Shown here: piece by piece, positions 24,146-25,384 of the stretch
Numbering within the stretch: the first letter of the stretch is position 1
How the letters are laid out: the number at the start of each line of letters is the position of its first letter
Origin: a virus
Lineage: Duplodnaviria > Caudoviricetes
IMG/VR virus record: IMGVR_UViG_3300000574_000109
Coordinates: 1 to 25,384 of that record
DNA: 25,384 nt
Reading direction: 5' to 3' (one strand)
Notes under the pieces: generated by a model
What the model saw: the letters and a program-made list of their open reading frames with translations, nothing else
Databases searched by the model: none
Told to the model about the DNA's origin: nothing
Program-made: the position numbers and the translations under genes

Positions 24146-25384
24146 TTGGGAGACGCCGCAGGGATCCGGGCAGGCAGGGCCTACGTCGAGCTGGGTCTCA
24201 ACGACTCGAAGTTCGTCCAGGGCCTACGCGGGGCCCTCCACACCCTGGAGGGGTTCGGCTCCACGCTCCAGCACTTCGGCCAACAGGTCGGGGAGATCGG
24301 CCACAAGATGGGCCTCCTGGGCGCCGCCATCACGGGGCCCATGCTGCTTGCGGCCCACAGCTTCGCGGACTCCGGGCACGAGCTGGAGGCCATGTCCAAG
24401 CGCACCGGGATCTCCGTGGGGGCCCTCCAGGAGCTTGGCTTCGCGGCCAAGGTCAGCGGGGCTTCCCTCGAGGACGTAGGGGTGGCCATCAAGAAGATGC
24501 AGAAGCTGATCGGCGAGGCCCTGATCGACCCGGCCGGCGCGGCTGCCCTGGCCCTGCAAGACCTCGGCTTCACGGCCGAGGGCCTCCAGAAGATGCTCCC
24601 CGACGAGCAGCTCGACGCCATCCTCAAGCGCCTGGAGCAGTTCCCTACGGCCGCGGAGCGGGCCCGGGCGGCGCTGAGCGTCTTCGGTCGCTCCGGCACC
24701 AACCTCCTGCCCATGATCGAGAACCTGTCCAAGACCCGGGCGGAGGCCCGGCGACTGGGCCTGGTGATGTCCGACCAGGATGTCGCCGCCGCCGTCGAGC
24801 TGGAGGGGGCCTGGATCCGGCTCAAGGCCACGGTCACGTCCTTGTGGAACGCCGTCGGGGCCGCTCTGGCGCCCAGCCTGACCGCCGCGGCGAAGAGGAT
24901 GGTGGAGCTGGCGGCCGCCGTGCGGACCTTCATCCAGAACAACCAGGCCCTCGTGGTCTCGGTGTTCAGGATCGGGGTCGTCCTGGCCGCCGTGGGGACC
25001 GCCCTGACCCTGCTGGGCCCCGCCATCACGGCCCTGGGGACCTCGATCATCGCGCTTTCCCATATCGCGGGGGGCGCGATCACGGTCCTTTCGGCCCTGG
25101 GGTCCGTCCTGCTGTTCCTGGCAACGCCGGCCGGGATCATCACGGCCGCCGTCCTGGGCCTGGGCGTGGCCATGGTCAGCATGTCCGGCGCTACCCAGAA
25201 CGCGCTGAGCGCCCTCGCCGAAGGCTTCCGCAACCTCAAGGGCTTCGTGCTGGACGCCTTCCAGGGGATCCAGGACGCCATCGCTGGGGACGACCTGGCC
25301 CTGGCCGCCGAGATCGCGGTGAACACCCTCGTCACCGTCTGGACCGCTGGCCTGAACGTCCTCAAGGGCTGGTGGATCGACTTC
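24146..25384 (+). CDS. Tail tape measure protein (3' truncated by the window; absent from the ORF track)
   Basis: TTG start gives MGDAAGIRAGRAYVELGLNDSKFVQGL; Ala/Leu/Gly-rich helical frame continuing to the window end; MSKRTGISVGALQEL and SVFGRSG motifs. Confidence 0.9.
   Translation, partial: MGDAAGIRAGRAYVELGLNDSKFVQGLRGALHTLEGFGSTLQHFGQQVGEIGHKMGLLGAAITGPMLLAAHSFADSGHELEAMSKRTGISVGALQELGFAAKVSGASLEDVGVAIKKMQKLIGEALIDPAGAAALALQDLGFTAEGLQKMLPDEQLDAILKRLEQFPTAAERARAALSVFGRSGTNLLPMIENLSKTRAEARRLGLVMSDQDVAAAVELEGAWIRLKATVTSLWNAVGAALAPSLTAAAKRMVELAAAVRTFIQNNQALVVSVFRIGVVLAAVGTALTLLGPAITALGTSIIALSHIAGGAITVLSALGSVLLFLATPAGIITAAVLGLGVAMVSMSGATQNALSALAEGFRNLKGFVLDAFQGIQDAIAGDDLALAAEIAVNTLVTVWTAGLNVLKGWWIDF

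Larger units (their letters stand above)
1..25384. mobile_element. Temperate prophage, left part (att/integrase to tape measure); continues beyond the right edge
   Basis: Continuous integrase, replication, terminase, portal, capsid, tail and tape measure gene order with many overlapping stop/start junctions; tRNA 3' end at the left boundary. Confidence 0.97.

Noticed and set aside
24181-25365. 394-aa minus-strand ORF in the track
   Set aside because: Shadow of the plus-strand tape measure gene, which the track omits because it has no stop in the window

Overview
The window is the left ~25 kb of a GC-rich temperate prophage with a lambda-type head and a non-contractile-type tail. It starts at its attachment site: nt 1-22 are the 3' end of a tRNA-Pro-like gene, overlapped antisense by the end of a large serine integrase. 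Gene order is: integrase, small ORF and ECF-like sigma factor (minus strand), then on the plus strand a wHTH protein, recombination/replication genes (PD-(D/E)XK exonuclease, AAA ATPase, DUF669-like SSB, RusA, SF2 helicase, primase-polymerase), an iteron-like origin, a ParB-methyltransferase-fold protein plus a PLP enzyme, terminase, an NrdR-like Zn ribbon, portal, protease-capsid fusion, head/neck genes with a beta-helix module, tail genes, two membrane proteins and a tape measure gene truncated by the window edge. The proteins resemble Planctomycetota-type prophages (my inference, not a search result). The best candidate for a new system is the SAM-fold (atypical CPPY motif) plus PLP enzyme pair in the packaging operon, a possible DNA hypermodification pathway. 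Other highlights: a putative late switch (Zn ribbon, palindrome, promoter motif, RBS-occluding hairpin), a structured intergenic RNA, a nested capsid start and a u-spanin-like lipoprotein. All product calls come from motif recognition and synteny only.
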